Below are positions 37,961 to 49,403 of a stretch of 64,000 bases of DNA, one piece after another. The position numbers and the translations under genes were made by a program. The number at the start of each line of letters is the position of its first letter. Within the stretch, counting starts at the first letter, position 1. The stretch is from Sphyrna mokarran (lineage: Eukaryota): the NCBI GenBank assembly GCA_024679065.1, contig JAGIQG010000001.1, forward strand, positions 123,876,001-123,940,000. The letters run 5' to 3'. The notes beneath the pieces were generated by a model that saw nothing but the letters and a program-made list of their open reading frames with translations, was not told where the DNA came from and did not search any database.

Positions 37961-38289
37961 CCTTTTTCCTAACATTATTGATTAATTTGTCATTTAATAC
38001 AATTTATTCTAAAATGAGGCAGTGGCATTCTTCAATGTACTGTACAGTTGTAATTATTACGAAACCATCATGGTAACAATTAGAAAGCAGGACTAACAAT
38101 ATTATTGTGTGAAGGTGTTAGCACCATTGAGATTGCTAATAGTGTGCCATTAAACAAAGAGTAGATCAACTCCAGATTATTTTCAGACTGAGCTAACAGC
38201 ATTTCTGGAAGAACAGAAAAATGGAAGCTGTAAAGCAAGTTTACTTAGCTTTTGAAGTATGACAAAATTGGAAAAAGGAAGAAATTATA

Positions 38290-38565
38290 TTAATACAACA
38301 CTTTTCATGATTTCAAGGTATCGTCAACTGCTTTATAGCCAATGAATTGCCTTTGAAATGTAATTATTGTTGTTTTGTAGGCAAACAATTTGAACTCAGC
38401 AAGCTCTCACACACACTCCTAAAACAAATAATTAATCTGTTTATTGGCAGTGTTGAGGGCGGGATAATTGTTAGTTAGAGTTCTGTGTTTTCCTTGAATG
38501 GTATTGTTCCAAGCTTTACATCCAACACAGACAGTATTTCCAGGAGTGCAGCACTCCCTCAAGAA
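38290..38565 (-). mobile_element. Deu-domain SINE relic (SacSINE1/AmnSINE-like)
   Basis: Reverse-complement match to the recalled DeuSINE tail (GCTTTATAGCCAATGAA...TTTGAAATGTA) and the GTGCAGCACTCCCTCA motif. Confidence 0.55.
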
Positions 38566-39524
38566 TATAACAAATTGTATTTAGAATCTGAAACATTGTT
38601 TGACCACAATCTTCTGGCTTTCAAAACAAGATTACTACTATTAAGCCAGAGCTGACAGGTAGTCAATTCTCATATCAGAAATCACTAGCACATGGCATTA
38701 GGACTTCTCTCATTGTATTACTTCTGATACTTCTTGCCCAGATTATTGTGTGGGTGACCTCTTGATTTCAAGGCAAAGGGTAAGCTATTAAGATTTCTTT
38801 GTTGCATTCTTCATCAGATAATCATAGAGTAGCACTGACAGTAACTATGGACAACCCATAAATCACTCCCTCCACCTAAGATAAGGAAAGAACTGTATGG
38901 ATCCGGAATGCTATGGAACATCAGAAAGAATGGGGAAAACTTGATGCAATTTTAACTTTAAAAAAATCAAAATTGCCTGTAACCTATGTTAAATCAAAGA
39001 CCAGTCAAAGGGAGACCACAGAAATCTCTCTCATTGGCTCAGGACTACAAAGGTGTGAGCTTTTTCCAATATTACTCTCGTTGATTTCACTACAATCCTC
39101 GTAGACATTGCTAATTTGTAATATATTTGATCAGCACCAAGATTCTCAATAAATGTAGAGGATCCAAACTCATAGGCCTGGATTTTCCCAAAGACTGCCT
39201 GAAATAGATATTGGCATATTTCAGACACACTCAAGAGACATGTACTGTTTGTGCCAAGTTTCCATAATCAGCTCATTTGCTTAACTCAACACTCAGATAA
39301 ATGTGAGTCCAGTTAACACATTTCAGAAATGCTAAAGGAAACAATCGGTTATCTAATCATCCTTGTCATTATTGTCATATTTTGTACCATTATCATACTA
39401 CATTGGTATAGCATATTAAAAAAAATTATGATGTGCCATAAGCACAGATTGCAATGTAATTATACATTTCAAAATAAAATTGCTTCATCAGCTCATGTCT
39501 GTTATTTGGATTTAGTTAAAATTA

Positions 39525-39767
<243 letters not shown>

Positions 39768-40508
39768 CTATATAATAGAACTAGTTTAAATATAGCTGCT
39801 AGCCTGAAACATCAGACATGTATTCAACCAGCCTGATAGCATGTCACTAATGATGAAATGAGAGTGCATATAAGTTATCTTTGACACAATTCAACATGAT
39901 TTCATGTGATAATTTGATCATGGCTTTGATCGTTTAAATGCTTCTGTGGGTAGAGAGAAAGCCAGTGAGGCTAGTTTTTGGTTGGCCTCGTAAAGAGCCT
40001 GCATAGGAGATGGCTTGTATGGTCATCTTAGTATTGTAAATCTCTGAAATAAATGGAACACTTGGTGTGATATCAAGTCAGACAGATTGTGAAAGTGCCG
40101 TACTCAATTCTTGATGTATTAAACTGATTACATCTGAGGCAGTAATGGAGAAGCTTTAGCTTGCATGAGTGATCCTGAGATAAGAAGTAGAAATCAGTGG
40201 GCTGAGTTACTCTCCAACAACCATTGCTCTAGGTGTAGTAGCATTTGTGGAAATTAGCTGAGATGCCCTATGATGGAACTGCCCACCAACACCCTCTGCT
40301 CAGGACCACATGAACAGTGGTCATTTGGATAAAACATAAGATGCATTCTGGGCAGTCTTGTATTACCTCCACAGCTTCAAGGACAGGCAAAGGCATACAA
40401 TGCTCAGCAAAATATACGCTCTATCTCACTATCAGTCATTCTCTTCAGAACAGAAGGGTTCAAGGGGTGATCGACTTAAATTTAGAGGCTTTCCCGTGTT
40501 TAATCAGA

Positions 40509-40661
40509 CATGATGTGGAGATGCCGGCATTGGACTGGGATGGGCGCAGTAAGAAGTCTCATAAGATCAGGTTAAAGTCCAACAAGTTTATCACAAGCTT
40601 TCAGAGCACTGTTCCTTCACCAGATGAGTAGATTTTAACCTGGTGTTGTGAGACTCCCTAC
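40509..40661 (-). mobile_element. Short Penelope-like terminal fragment, hammerhead core mutated
   Basis: CATGATGTGGAGATGCCGGCATTGGACTGGG...GGTTAAAGTCCAAC; minus strand reads CTGGTGA-A-GGAAC-AGT-GCTCT-GAAAGCTT; short inverted tail TTAACCTGGTGTTGTGAGACT. Confidence 0.75.
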
Positions 40662-41899
40662 AATCATATATGAGGCAGACATGCTTATGTTTTCATGGCT
40701 ATTTTTGTCTGGATATTTGCGCCATACCACATCAAGCACAGCTGACAAGGAGACCCTACCACACTTACCGCCTACCACAGGTACACCGGAAGGATTTACA
40801 AGTTTACAATCAACCTATTAGGCCACATTATGAACACAGCTTCCATGGCCATCAAGTCTTGCAGTGGAGTCAAACCAGATCTTCTGGCTCAGAACACAAG
40901 GACATAATCTCCTCTTAAGTGGATATAACTGGCATAAAAATTAGAACTCATTAAAATTAAACTGATTAATCTTGTGCTTGCATGGCAAAATGGGAAATAA
41001 ATAAGACTAATATTCAAGTGAACCTTTAATGTGCTAAGCAAAATACTTTGGCTCGCAATTTTTCTATAGCTGCCATGAATGGTATTCTATCATCCGCAGG
41101 GAGTAGTTACAGATGTGGGAAGCAGCTATCCTGCCAATTATTATTCCCTTCTGAGGACAAAGCTTCTACATCAGATGAGGGGCTGAATTTTAATCCTTGA
41201 GAAAGATTGCAGGAATTCCTTGTTTAGCCCAGCTGACTCTGGAGAAAGTGTCCACAAAGATGGGATTTTCATTCCTGGGGACAAGTGCAGGCTGTAACAT
41301 AGGCTAGCTGACCTGAGAAAATGTTTAGAGGCACCCACAAGGCTGACTACTGGCGATCCATCTTTGTGGGATTTGGTCCAGTACAATAAAACAGAAAGGC
41401 CTTCCACCAGCCTTCATCCATCATTGCCCTTGCCCCAAACACACTCCCCATGCCCTTGTCCATGCAACCTCATGCCATCCATCCACTTCTTATGTTTCTT
41501 CATGCTCACTGCATGCCAAGGTATGCACCCCCACCAACTTCTATAGCCCTTCTATCCTCCATGCCAAGATATGCCCCCAATCACCCGCTATGATCCCTCA
41601 TTTGCCCCATTTCCACTTTCTTTTTTAAAAATGTTACTTTCTTATCATAGGCCAATAACAGTGTCAATCATGCAGTTCCTTTAAAGTATCAATGGCAGAC
41701 ACTGAAAATATTTTTTATCTTGTTTAAATAAACAATGTGTAATTAACAGCTCTGGCACTCTAAAACATGCTAGAAATGAATCAATCTTTTCCTTGGGACT
41801 CAGGTGTTTAAGTACTCTAATAGATGTCTGCGCTGTCAATCTGCAGTATGAAAATTTGAACCATTAAGTTATCTTATACCCTTATTTTGTCACTTTTAC

Positions 41900-42025
41900 C
41901 TTCACAACTTTTCTTGTCTGCTGCAAGTTCATACCCTGGATCACAGCTGCACTTATAACTGCCCAAAGTGTTCACACATTGCTGCTCACAACCTCCATTG
42001 TCATGTCTGGCACATTCATCCTCTT
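41900..42025 (-). CDS. TLL1: TLL1 coding exon (~exon 14), calcium-binding EGF1
   Basis: (E)[41 protein letters not shown]; six Cys; acceptor CTACAG|AA, donor G|GTAAAA; 126 nt. Confidence 0.96.
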
Positions 42026-42325
42026 CTGTAGAAATAGTAAAGAAATGAAGAATAGATGTTAGCAGCCTATCTTTCTATATTTATGTTTTTGGATAGGATG
42101 GTTATTATTACTTTTTTCTTTGAGGACCAGTTCAGTAGATGGAATATATATCTGATAAATTATGCAGAGCAGTTGATGTATTTTTTGAATGATAATAAAG
42201 CCTGCATAATTATGAATGAAGAATATAGCAATTACCATCTGAAATTTCTATGTTCTCTAAATCCCAATCACTGGATATGTAATGTAAATGTCAATGAAAT
42301 TATAGAAATGCCTGTGCAAGCCATT

Positions 42326-42811
42326 TCATAGAATGAAGAGCATAGAATGGCATGGGCCATTCAGCCCATCATGCCTGTGTCAACTCTTTGAAAGGGCTAG
42401 GTAAATATTTTTACAGCCCTGCTCTTTCCATATAATCCTATGAAATTTTCCCTCTGAAATTTATCTTACTTCTTTCTGAAAATTATTATGAATCTGCTTT
42501 ACCAGCCTTTCAGGCAGTGCTTTCCAAAGAAACACTCTCCTCATGGTTTTTGTTCTTTTGCAAATCATTTTAAATGTCTTCTCTGGTTACCAATCTTTCT
42601 ACCACTGGGAACAGTTCTACCTTATTTACCCTATTAATGCCCTTTATCATTTGAATATGTCAGTTAAATGTCCTTTAACCATCTCTGATCTAAGATGATC
42701 TATTCCTATCCCAGTTTATGTAATCTTTCCAATCTGGTGCCATGGTGTTTTTCTGCATCTAGTCCATAGGCTTTTCTTTCTGAAAATGCAATGCCCAGAA
42801 CTGAACACAAT
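42326..42811 (-). mobile_element. CR1-type LINE 3' fragment
   Basis: CATAGAAT...GGGCCATTCAGCCCATC tail; TGCCCAGAACTGAACACAAT (reverse of CVQFWA). Confidence 0.75.
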
Positions 42812-43287
42812 GGGCCTGATTTTCCCATTGTGTCACACCCGTTTTTGGGCACGAAAATGTGGTAAAGTCGGGTGTGAGGCCACTAATGCGTTCCACGCCC
42901 ACAACCGCACAAGGCAGGAGTGGCAATCGGTCTGGGTAGCAGGAGGATGGGTGGATAAAGGAGGAGTGCATTGTGTATGGGTGGTGGAAAGGTGGATAAG
43001 GAGGACAGTGATGTCTGTGGGAGCCATCGCTCCTGCTGTTCACTCCCGACCGCTTTCTGTGGAGCGGTGTGACACGGGGGTGCTTTTTAGAATTTTTTTC
43101 GAACTGCGCTTGTACAGTTCAGAGCTCTGATCATTTGGGGCGCGCTAAGCTCTGCCCACAACATGAATGGGACTGGTGATTTTTTTCAGGCTGAGTGCGT
43201 ATGGGAGTACCTGAAAGCAAATTCCTAAGTCAGATCTGCATTACGCTCAGATTCAGCATTTAGAAGGAAAATGGTAAAATTTGGCTC
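42812..43287. mobile_element. PIF/Harbinger-type MITE related to 57546-58593
   Basis: Imperfect 17-bp TIRs GGGCCTGATTTTCCCAT / ATGGTAAAATTTGGCTC; 3-bp TSD AAT; shares GTCGGGTGTGAGG and TTTTTTCAGG subterminal blocks with the 57546 element. Confidence 0.75.
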
Positions 43288-44766
43288 AATGGCTCCAAAT
43301 ATTTAGTCAGGATTATGAAGTGGGTGGAGAAGAGGGTTCCAGGGTGTTTGGATGAAATTAATTGCAGTGCATCTTTTACATTCCCATGAGATTTTCAATC
43401 CAACCACTTATTGGAAACGAAAGCAGCCAAGTAGTGAAGGTCAGGAAAATGAAAAATCAGATATGGGAGTTAGAGATCATGTGGAGATAGTGATAGAGGG
43501 AATAGATGATTGTGGATGGGTCAGCATATTGAGCTTGGAAGAAACATTGCCCCATCTGGCCTAAAGATACTGCTATAAACCCACTTCCATTATAAAGGAA
43601 AAAGATAAATTGGAGACAAGTTGGAATCGCATTTGAGATTTTAAAATGTTTGACTTCTCACCAGCCTTGATTCACTTCCTTGGGAGTTAAAATTCCACTA
43701 TTTCTAATGCTCCACTTGGTGACTAATTAGTGATTTTTCAAGTTAGTGTAACTTCTACGATTAATCACCGAAGGCAGGAGACTAGAGGAATCCAATGGGA
43801 ATTCAACACCAGTATCCATTATTTAGAAGCTATTTATGAGTTATGAACATACAAGAGCTAGACTACAATTTCAGGTAACTCAAAAATTAAAAAAGAAACA
43901 ACTCTCCTGGAGGGTTCAATGGGCAAGAACATTTTTGTATGGTAGTGTATTGGGCTATATCTGATGAAAAGATGCTAGCTTTAATCTCCAAGCTTTAATT
44001 TAGCCCATGCAGCAATAGGGGTTATGCTATGTTGATAAGGTTAGAATAAGATTGCTTTAGCTGGAATAATGCCTAAAGTTGATTAGTTTATTGGCAATCA
44101 ATGTCCAAACTAATACAGAGACTGATCAGTGGAAAATGACAAGAATGGACTGTCCTTTCTGGTGAAGTATGAGACTTAGTACTTTTTAATTTGTCAAGAA
44201 CTTTGATGTTTTTAATGTTACAGGCAATACATTTGCTAGTGTGAAAAATTATGTTGAATTATCAAGAGTAAATGGTGTAAAATGTGAGTTGATACGGAAA
44301 GTTAGGTGAATGGATAAAAAGGATAAAAAACTGAAAACATTTCCTCAATGAATTGAGTCAAAAAATATATCTTAATTACAATTAGTCACAGATGCAAACT
44401 GAAGTAGCAACCTAATACAGAACTTGCAATGGTTTGGTGCACAGCTTGTAATCATCAGAAGATTGACCTTTAGGGGTAATTAGAATTATTGAAGGTGATC
44501 ATAGCTGAGAATTTTATAAATCAATTGACACTATAGTAATTGGTGCTCCAAATAACTTGAAAGTAAAAAGTAGTATTCACTTAACAGATTAATTGAGGTC
44601 AATTTTCTCTTCTATGAAGTGCAAATCTGATTGCCCTTTATTTTAAAATTCTTACCCTTGTTTACAAATCTTCCCATAGCCTTGTTGTTTCCTATTGCTA
44701 TAACGTCTTAGGGTCCGACAACCCTCTGAGATATCTGCACTCTTCTAATTCTGACCTCTTGTGTAC

Positions 44767-45241
44767 AATGTAGAGATGCCGGCGTTGGACTGGGGTAAAC
44801 TCAGTAAAGTTTTACAACACCAATTTTAAATCCAACCGATTTACTTGATAGTAAATTTGCAAGCTTTCGACACTCTGTGTCTTCGTCAGGCAAATGCAGT
44901 ATTCTGGTCTGCAATAGCACACATATCAACACAGACAGTCAGAGATTGCTGATTAGAATGTGAATCCTTACATCTAACCTGCTATTCAAGTGTTAAAGTG
45001 GCTAACAATGTGTGTGAAGGGAATCCTGAGCATTGGTTAGAGAATTGTGTATTTTCTCCAGACAGCACAGTAAGTGAGGTTTTTTGCTAACCCAGGCAAG
45101 TTACGGGGGTTACAGATAGTGTGTCATGAAGCCAAGATCCCTATTAAGACCGTCCTCATGTGTGCGGAACTTGGCTATCAGTCCCTGCTCAGCAACTCTG
45201 CGCTGTTGTGTGTCACGAAGGCCCCCTTAAAGAACATTTAC
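44767..45241 (-). mobile_element. Penelope-like element 3' fragment (GIY-YIG endonuclease C-terminus, 3' UTR and pLTR tail)
   Basis: Minus strand from 45241 reads VNVL*GGLRDTQQRRVAEQGLIAKFRTHEDGLNRDLGFMTHYL*, the typical PLE endonuclease end (E..LI..F.T...GLN.D), then the pLTR with a hammerhead and a tail shared with 40509 and 54292. Confidence 0.85.
44855..44895 (-). ncRNA. Minimal type I hammerhead ribozyme motif (PLE-associated), intact fold
   Basis: 5'-AUUUGC CUGACGA A GACAC AGA GUGUC GAAA GC UU GCAAAU-3': 6-bp stem I, full core, 5-bp stem II, palindromic minimal stem III, NUH triplet CUU. Confidence 0.75.
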
Positions 45242-45419
45242 TTCTGTTTCTGCTTCACTTCTGCTTCTCCTGGACCACACGCAATTCCATGAAGGCACTT
45301 ACCTTTTCATTAAGCTGCTGTGACCTCCCTTGAGCTGCTGTGCTTCCTAAGCCCCAATAATTTTTGTTGGTTAAAATCACCCCGCGAGTCTCATTTCCTT
45401 TGTATTATTTCAGACCAAA

Positions 45420-45560
45420 GACAGATTAGTTCACTTGACTAGATGGCTAACGTGTGACTCAGAACAATGCAAACAGTATTGGTTCAATTCCTGTTCTGGG
45501 TGAGGTATACTTGGACCCTGCCCTGAGGTTGGAAGGCAATGGCAAACCACCACTGGGGGT
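45420..45560 (+). mobile_element. tRNA-derived SINE fragment with an RTE-like segment
   Basis: B-box-like GGTTCAATTCC, then GGAAGGCAATGGCAAACCACC. Confidence 0.45.
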
Positions 45561-46085
45561 AGAAAATGCAAAGAAAACTACTCTGGATGAAACATTCACT
45601 AGAAACAACATTCACTGGAAACCTTGAACCTCGCCTGTGGCTGGGATTTTCTGCTCTCACTGCAGTGAATGGAATTTTGGCTGAGTGTCAAATTCTCCAC
45701 TCTTGCTGGCAGTGGAGTTGGGGCGAATGAGATTGGAGAATCTTGCCCATTATCAAACAACGAGCCAAAGACTTGTCTTCAGGCAGCACATGAATTCTCC
45801 AGATATATTTTTTACTGCAGCAAAAGAAGAATAATACTAAATTCTTCAGTTCCCCCTTTGACTACATTACAATATACTTACAATTTTCATGAATCTGTTC
45901 AGAAAGCTTAATCAAGTAACTATTCAAGAATTTGTTTACCACTTGTCCACCTGCGAAGAAAGCTCAGCAGGTTTCCTGATTGAAATACTTACATTTTTTG
46001 GTTATTGTTGCAATGTGTCAGTTATTTTTTGCTTCCTGTATATCATTAGAGAAGGTGATTAAGGATGCTACCTGAGCTATATTTA

Positions 46086-46319
<234 letters not shown>

Positions 46320-46564
46320 CTATAGTAGAATAAAGAAAATATTTTATTCATTTTTGCACAAGGTAACCAGGACTCATTTTTAAACTTGATGAACAAGAAC
46401 TATGAACCAACTAAAAATGGACTGGTTTTCAATGAATCTTGGAAATGCAAAACAAAGAAGGCAACTTAGCCTATATCAAGTCTATATCATTTCTTTCTAA
46501 GTTCCAATTTCCACTATCCCAATCTTTTCTATATCCTGATCTTCTCTTCAAATATTTCAATTGC

Positions 46565-46622
46565 CTTTATTTTTATTTTTAATTTTAATTTTTATTTTAT
46601 TATTTTATTTTTATTTTTTATT
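46565..46622. repeat. (TTTTTA)n low-complexity microsatellite
   Basis: Imperfect TTTTTA/TTTTA tandem run. Confidence 0.85.
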
Positions 46623-47230
46623 CAAGGTCATGGTAAATACATTTTCCCTACTCTATCAATAGTATATTCCAAATCCAAACCACACATTGTGTAAAATAAA
46701 ACTTTTCTCTTATATCATTTCTGATTCCTTTACTGCGTCCTCTTGTTATTGATCCTCCAGTGACCAGAAATAGTTTTGCCTTATTTACTGTACCTAAATC
46801 ATTTATGATTTTAAAGATCTCACCAAAACTCCTCTTAAACTTCTCACCACAAACAAACAGAGCTTTTGCATTTTAGCCACATAACTACAATCTTTCATTA
46901 CCAAAATAGTTCATGTATATCTCTTCTGTACCCTGTCCAAAGCCTTCACATCTTTTCTAAACTGTGATGCTCAAACATTTTTCAGGGTAATGGTCTAAGA
47001 CCAATCATTTTCAGGTGTTTTATCAATGACCTTTCTTCCATCATAAAGTCAGAAGTGAGGATGTTTGCAGATGACTAAAATGTTGAGCATCATTCATGGT
47101 TCCTCAGAGATTAAAGCATTCCATGTCCAAACGCAGTAAGATTGGACAATATCTAGGATTTGTGAAAAAAAAATCCCTAGGTCTCTCTGTTTTTGCACCT
47201 CTTTTAAAATTGTATCATTTAAATTGTATT

Positions 47231-47620
47231 GGGTTGAATTTTTACAGAGTCAGATGTCTAGAGAGACCAAGCGTTAATTTTCCTGTTAAAACATTAATGC
47301 CCAAGGGAGTTTCTTAACTGATAACTCTTTCCATTAGATCTATTTTGTAAAATGCACAATTTTATTTACATAAAATAAAGAAGTGTCAAGTGCTTACAGT
47401 TTCCGTTATTGATACTTGCAGCAAGACAGGCTTTTGAACCAACATCCAGCAGTCCTTGTGGCTGCTTCCCTTTGGGAATGACAGATCAGACTCCTGTCAG
47501 CAGTCACCTGTCCCCTGAACAAAAATCCTGCCTTTGCAGGCACTTTGTCCAAAGCTGGGCACACCAAGCTGGGGTATTTCCTGACTCCTACTACTCGCCT
47601 CTAAGATGAAAATCCAGCCA
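47231..47620. mobile_element. Harbinger-type MITE inserted in the CR1 relic
   Basis: Ends GGGTTGAATTTT / AAAATCCAGCCA; ATT on both flanks; removing it rejoins the CR1 sequence (TGTATT|GTCTCTCCTCATT). Confidence 0.7.
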
Positions 47621-49257
47621 ATTGTCTCTCCTCATTTTTCTTCCCAAAATGTTTCACCTCAATTTTTAGCATTGGATTTCACCTATCATACATTTGCCTA
47701 TTCTACTTGCTTCTCTATGGTCTCTTGAAGTCCATTTACTATCCACTTTACAGACTGCTACACTTCCAAGTTTCATGTCATCTGCAAATTTTTAAATTTC
47801 ATCCTATACCCACAAGTCCAATCATTAATGTTTATCAAAAACAACAGTGATTTTGATACAGGACCTTAGTTAGGGAACACCACTGCATTCCTTCTTCTTG
47901 TTTAACAAATAATCATTCATCACAGCTTGCTATTTTCTATCCTTCAACTAACTTTTTATCCAAACTCTTTCTATCCAAGAGTCTTCAATTTTGCAAACTT
48001 TATTAAATGCCTTAAAGCCAACATCTACCGTACCGCCCTCATTCATTTGCTTTCTTTTCAAAAACTCAGTCAAGTGGGTCAAACGTATTTGCCCTTAACA
48101 AAACTGTATTGGTTGTCCTTTATTAATCCATTTTTGTCCAAAAGTGATTGTTATTTTCTCCTGGATAACTATTCCAAAATGTTTCCCCTACCAACGTTAA
48201 AATGATTAGCCTATAATTGCAATATTTATCTGTCTTCTGTTTTTTGAACAATTTGGAACACAGGGACTATTTAACCTGAAATCCTCCAGTACTTCAGCAT
48301 CATCCCTACATCTGAGGAGAACTGTGGCTAGAATCACTGCAATTTCTACTGCTGCTTCCCTCAGCAACTTAGGATGCAATCCATCTGAATTCAGGACTTA
48401 GTCACTTTAAGTATTGCTAATTCTTCTGGTATTGTCTCTTTATCTCGTTTTGCTTAATCACATTCAGTACCCCAGCAATTTTCTAATTTACCATGGCTTT
48501 GCCAAGATGCACTTCCTTGGTAAATACTAATGCAAAATATTAATTTAATTTTAATTATGCCTTTTTGACTCCTTTGTTTCTTTAATACCTTTGTACTTTT
48601 TACATTCAGCTCAATTTTCCCTTGTACTATCAAGCTGACCTCTGTTAAACTTCAGCACACTCTCTAACTCTTGTGTTTTCCAGGGAGCACTGGTTTTGAC
48701 TGCTTTCTGTTTCTCCACATGGGTATGTGCCAAGACTGTGCCCTTCTCTTTGAAGGTTGGCTTTTTTTCCATTGCATCTTGCCAATCTATGACTCCAATT
48801 TACTTAGTCTAGATCCCTCTTCAATTCCCTCCTCTTCAGTCCTCTTCCAATAAAACACACACACTCTTGTTTGTTCCTTGTCTTTCTCATAAAATGATAG
48901 TTGACTGGAAAACTAAGATCTTAGATGATTTTTCTGTTGAATTCTGTTTAAAAATATGAATTCAACTCCTTAGTGATATAATAATGAAGTAAAAAAATAC
49001 ATTTTAAACAGCACAGATTCTACTTTACGACTCAAAAATGCAAACTCCAGTAGTTGGTTCTTGAAACTTTTCATTACCAACATACAAAAACTAAGTAAAC
49101 CCGATAATCTTATCTATAGATTATAGATCTAAGAGAATTAAATCTGAAGCTAGTTGCTCTTTACTTTGTGTCATACAAAGTGATATTCTCTGCACAGTGA
49201 TGTTCTATTCTATCATTTAAACTTTCTGCCTAAATCTTTATCATGCAAAAAAGTTAC

Positions 49258-49403
49258 CTCAAAGGCCTGAAAAATTAATCCTACGTGGTAGTGTTCAGAC
49301 ATTGTTATCTTCCACACACACTCCTTCATTGGTCTATAGTCATCTGGATAGTTGGGAGACTGTATCTGGCCCGATTCTTTATTGATCTCACCACCACAAA
49401 TTG
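49258..49403 (-). CDS. TLL1: TLL1 coding exon (~exon 12), CUB2 first half
   Basis: (A)[48 protein letters not shown]; acceptor ATTAG|CA, donor GAG|GTAACT; 146 nt. Confidence 0.96.

Larger units (their letters stand above)
46396..48900 (-). mobile_element. Old fragmented CR1-type LINE
   Basis: Decayed RT motifs (TGTCATCTGCAAA = FADD reverse; GGGAACACCACTG = SGVP reverse); 3' tail near 46396; an inverted FADD piece at ~47060. Confidence 0.7.
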
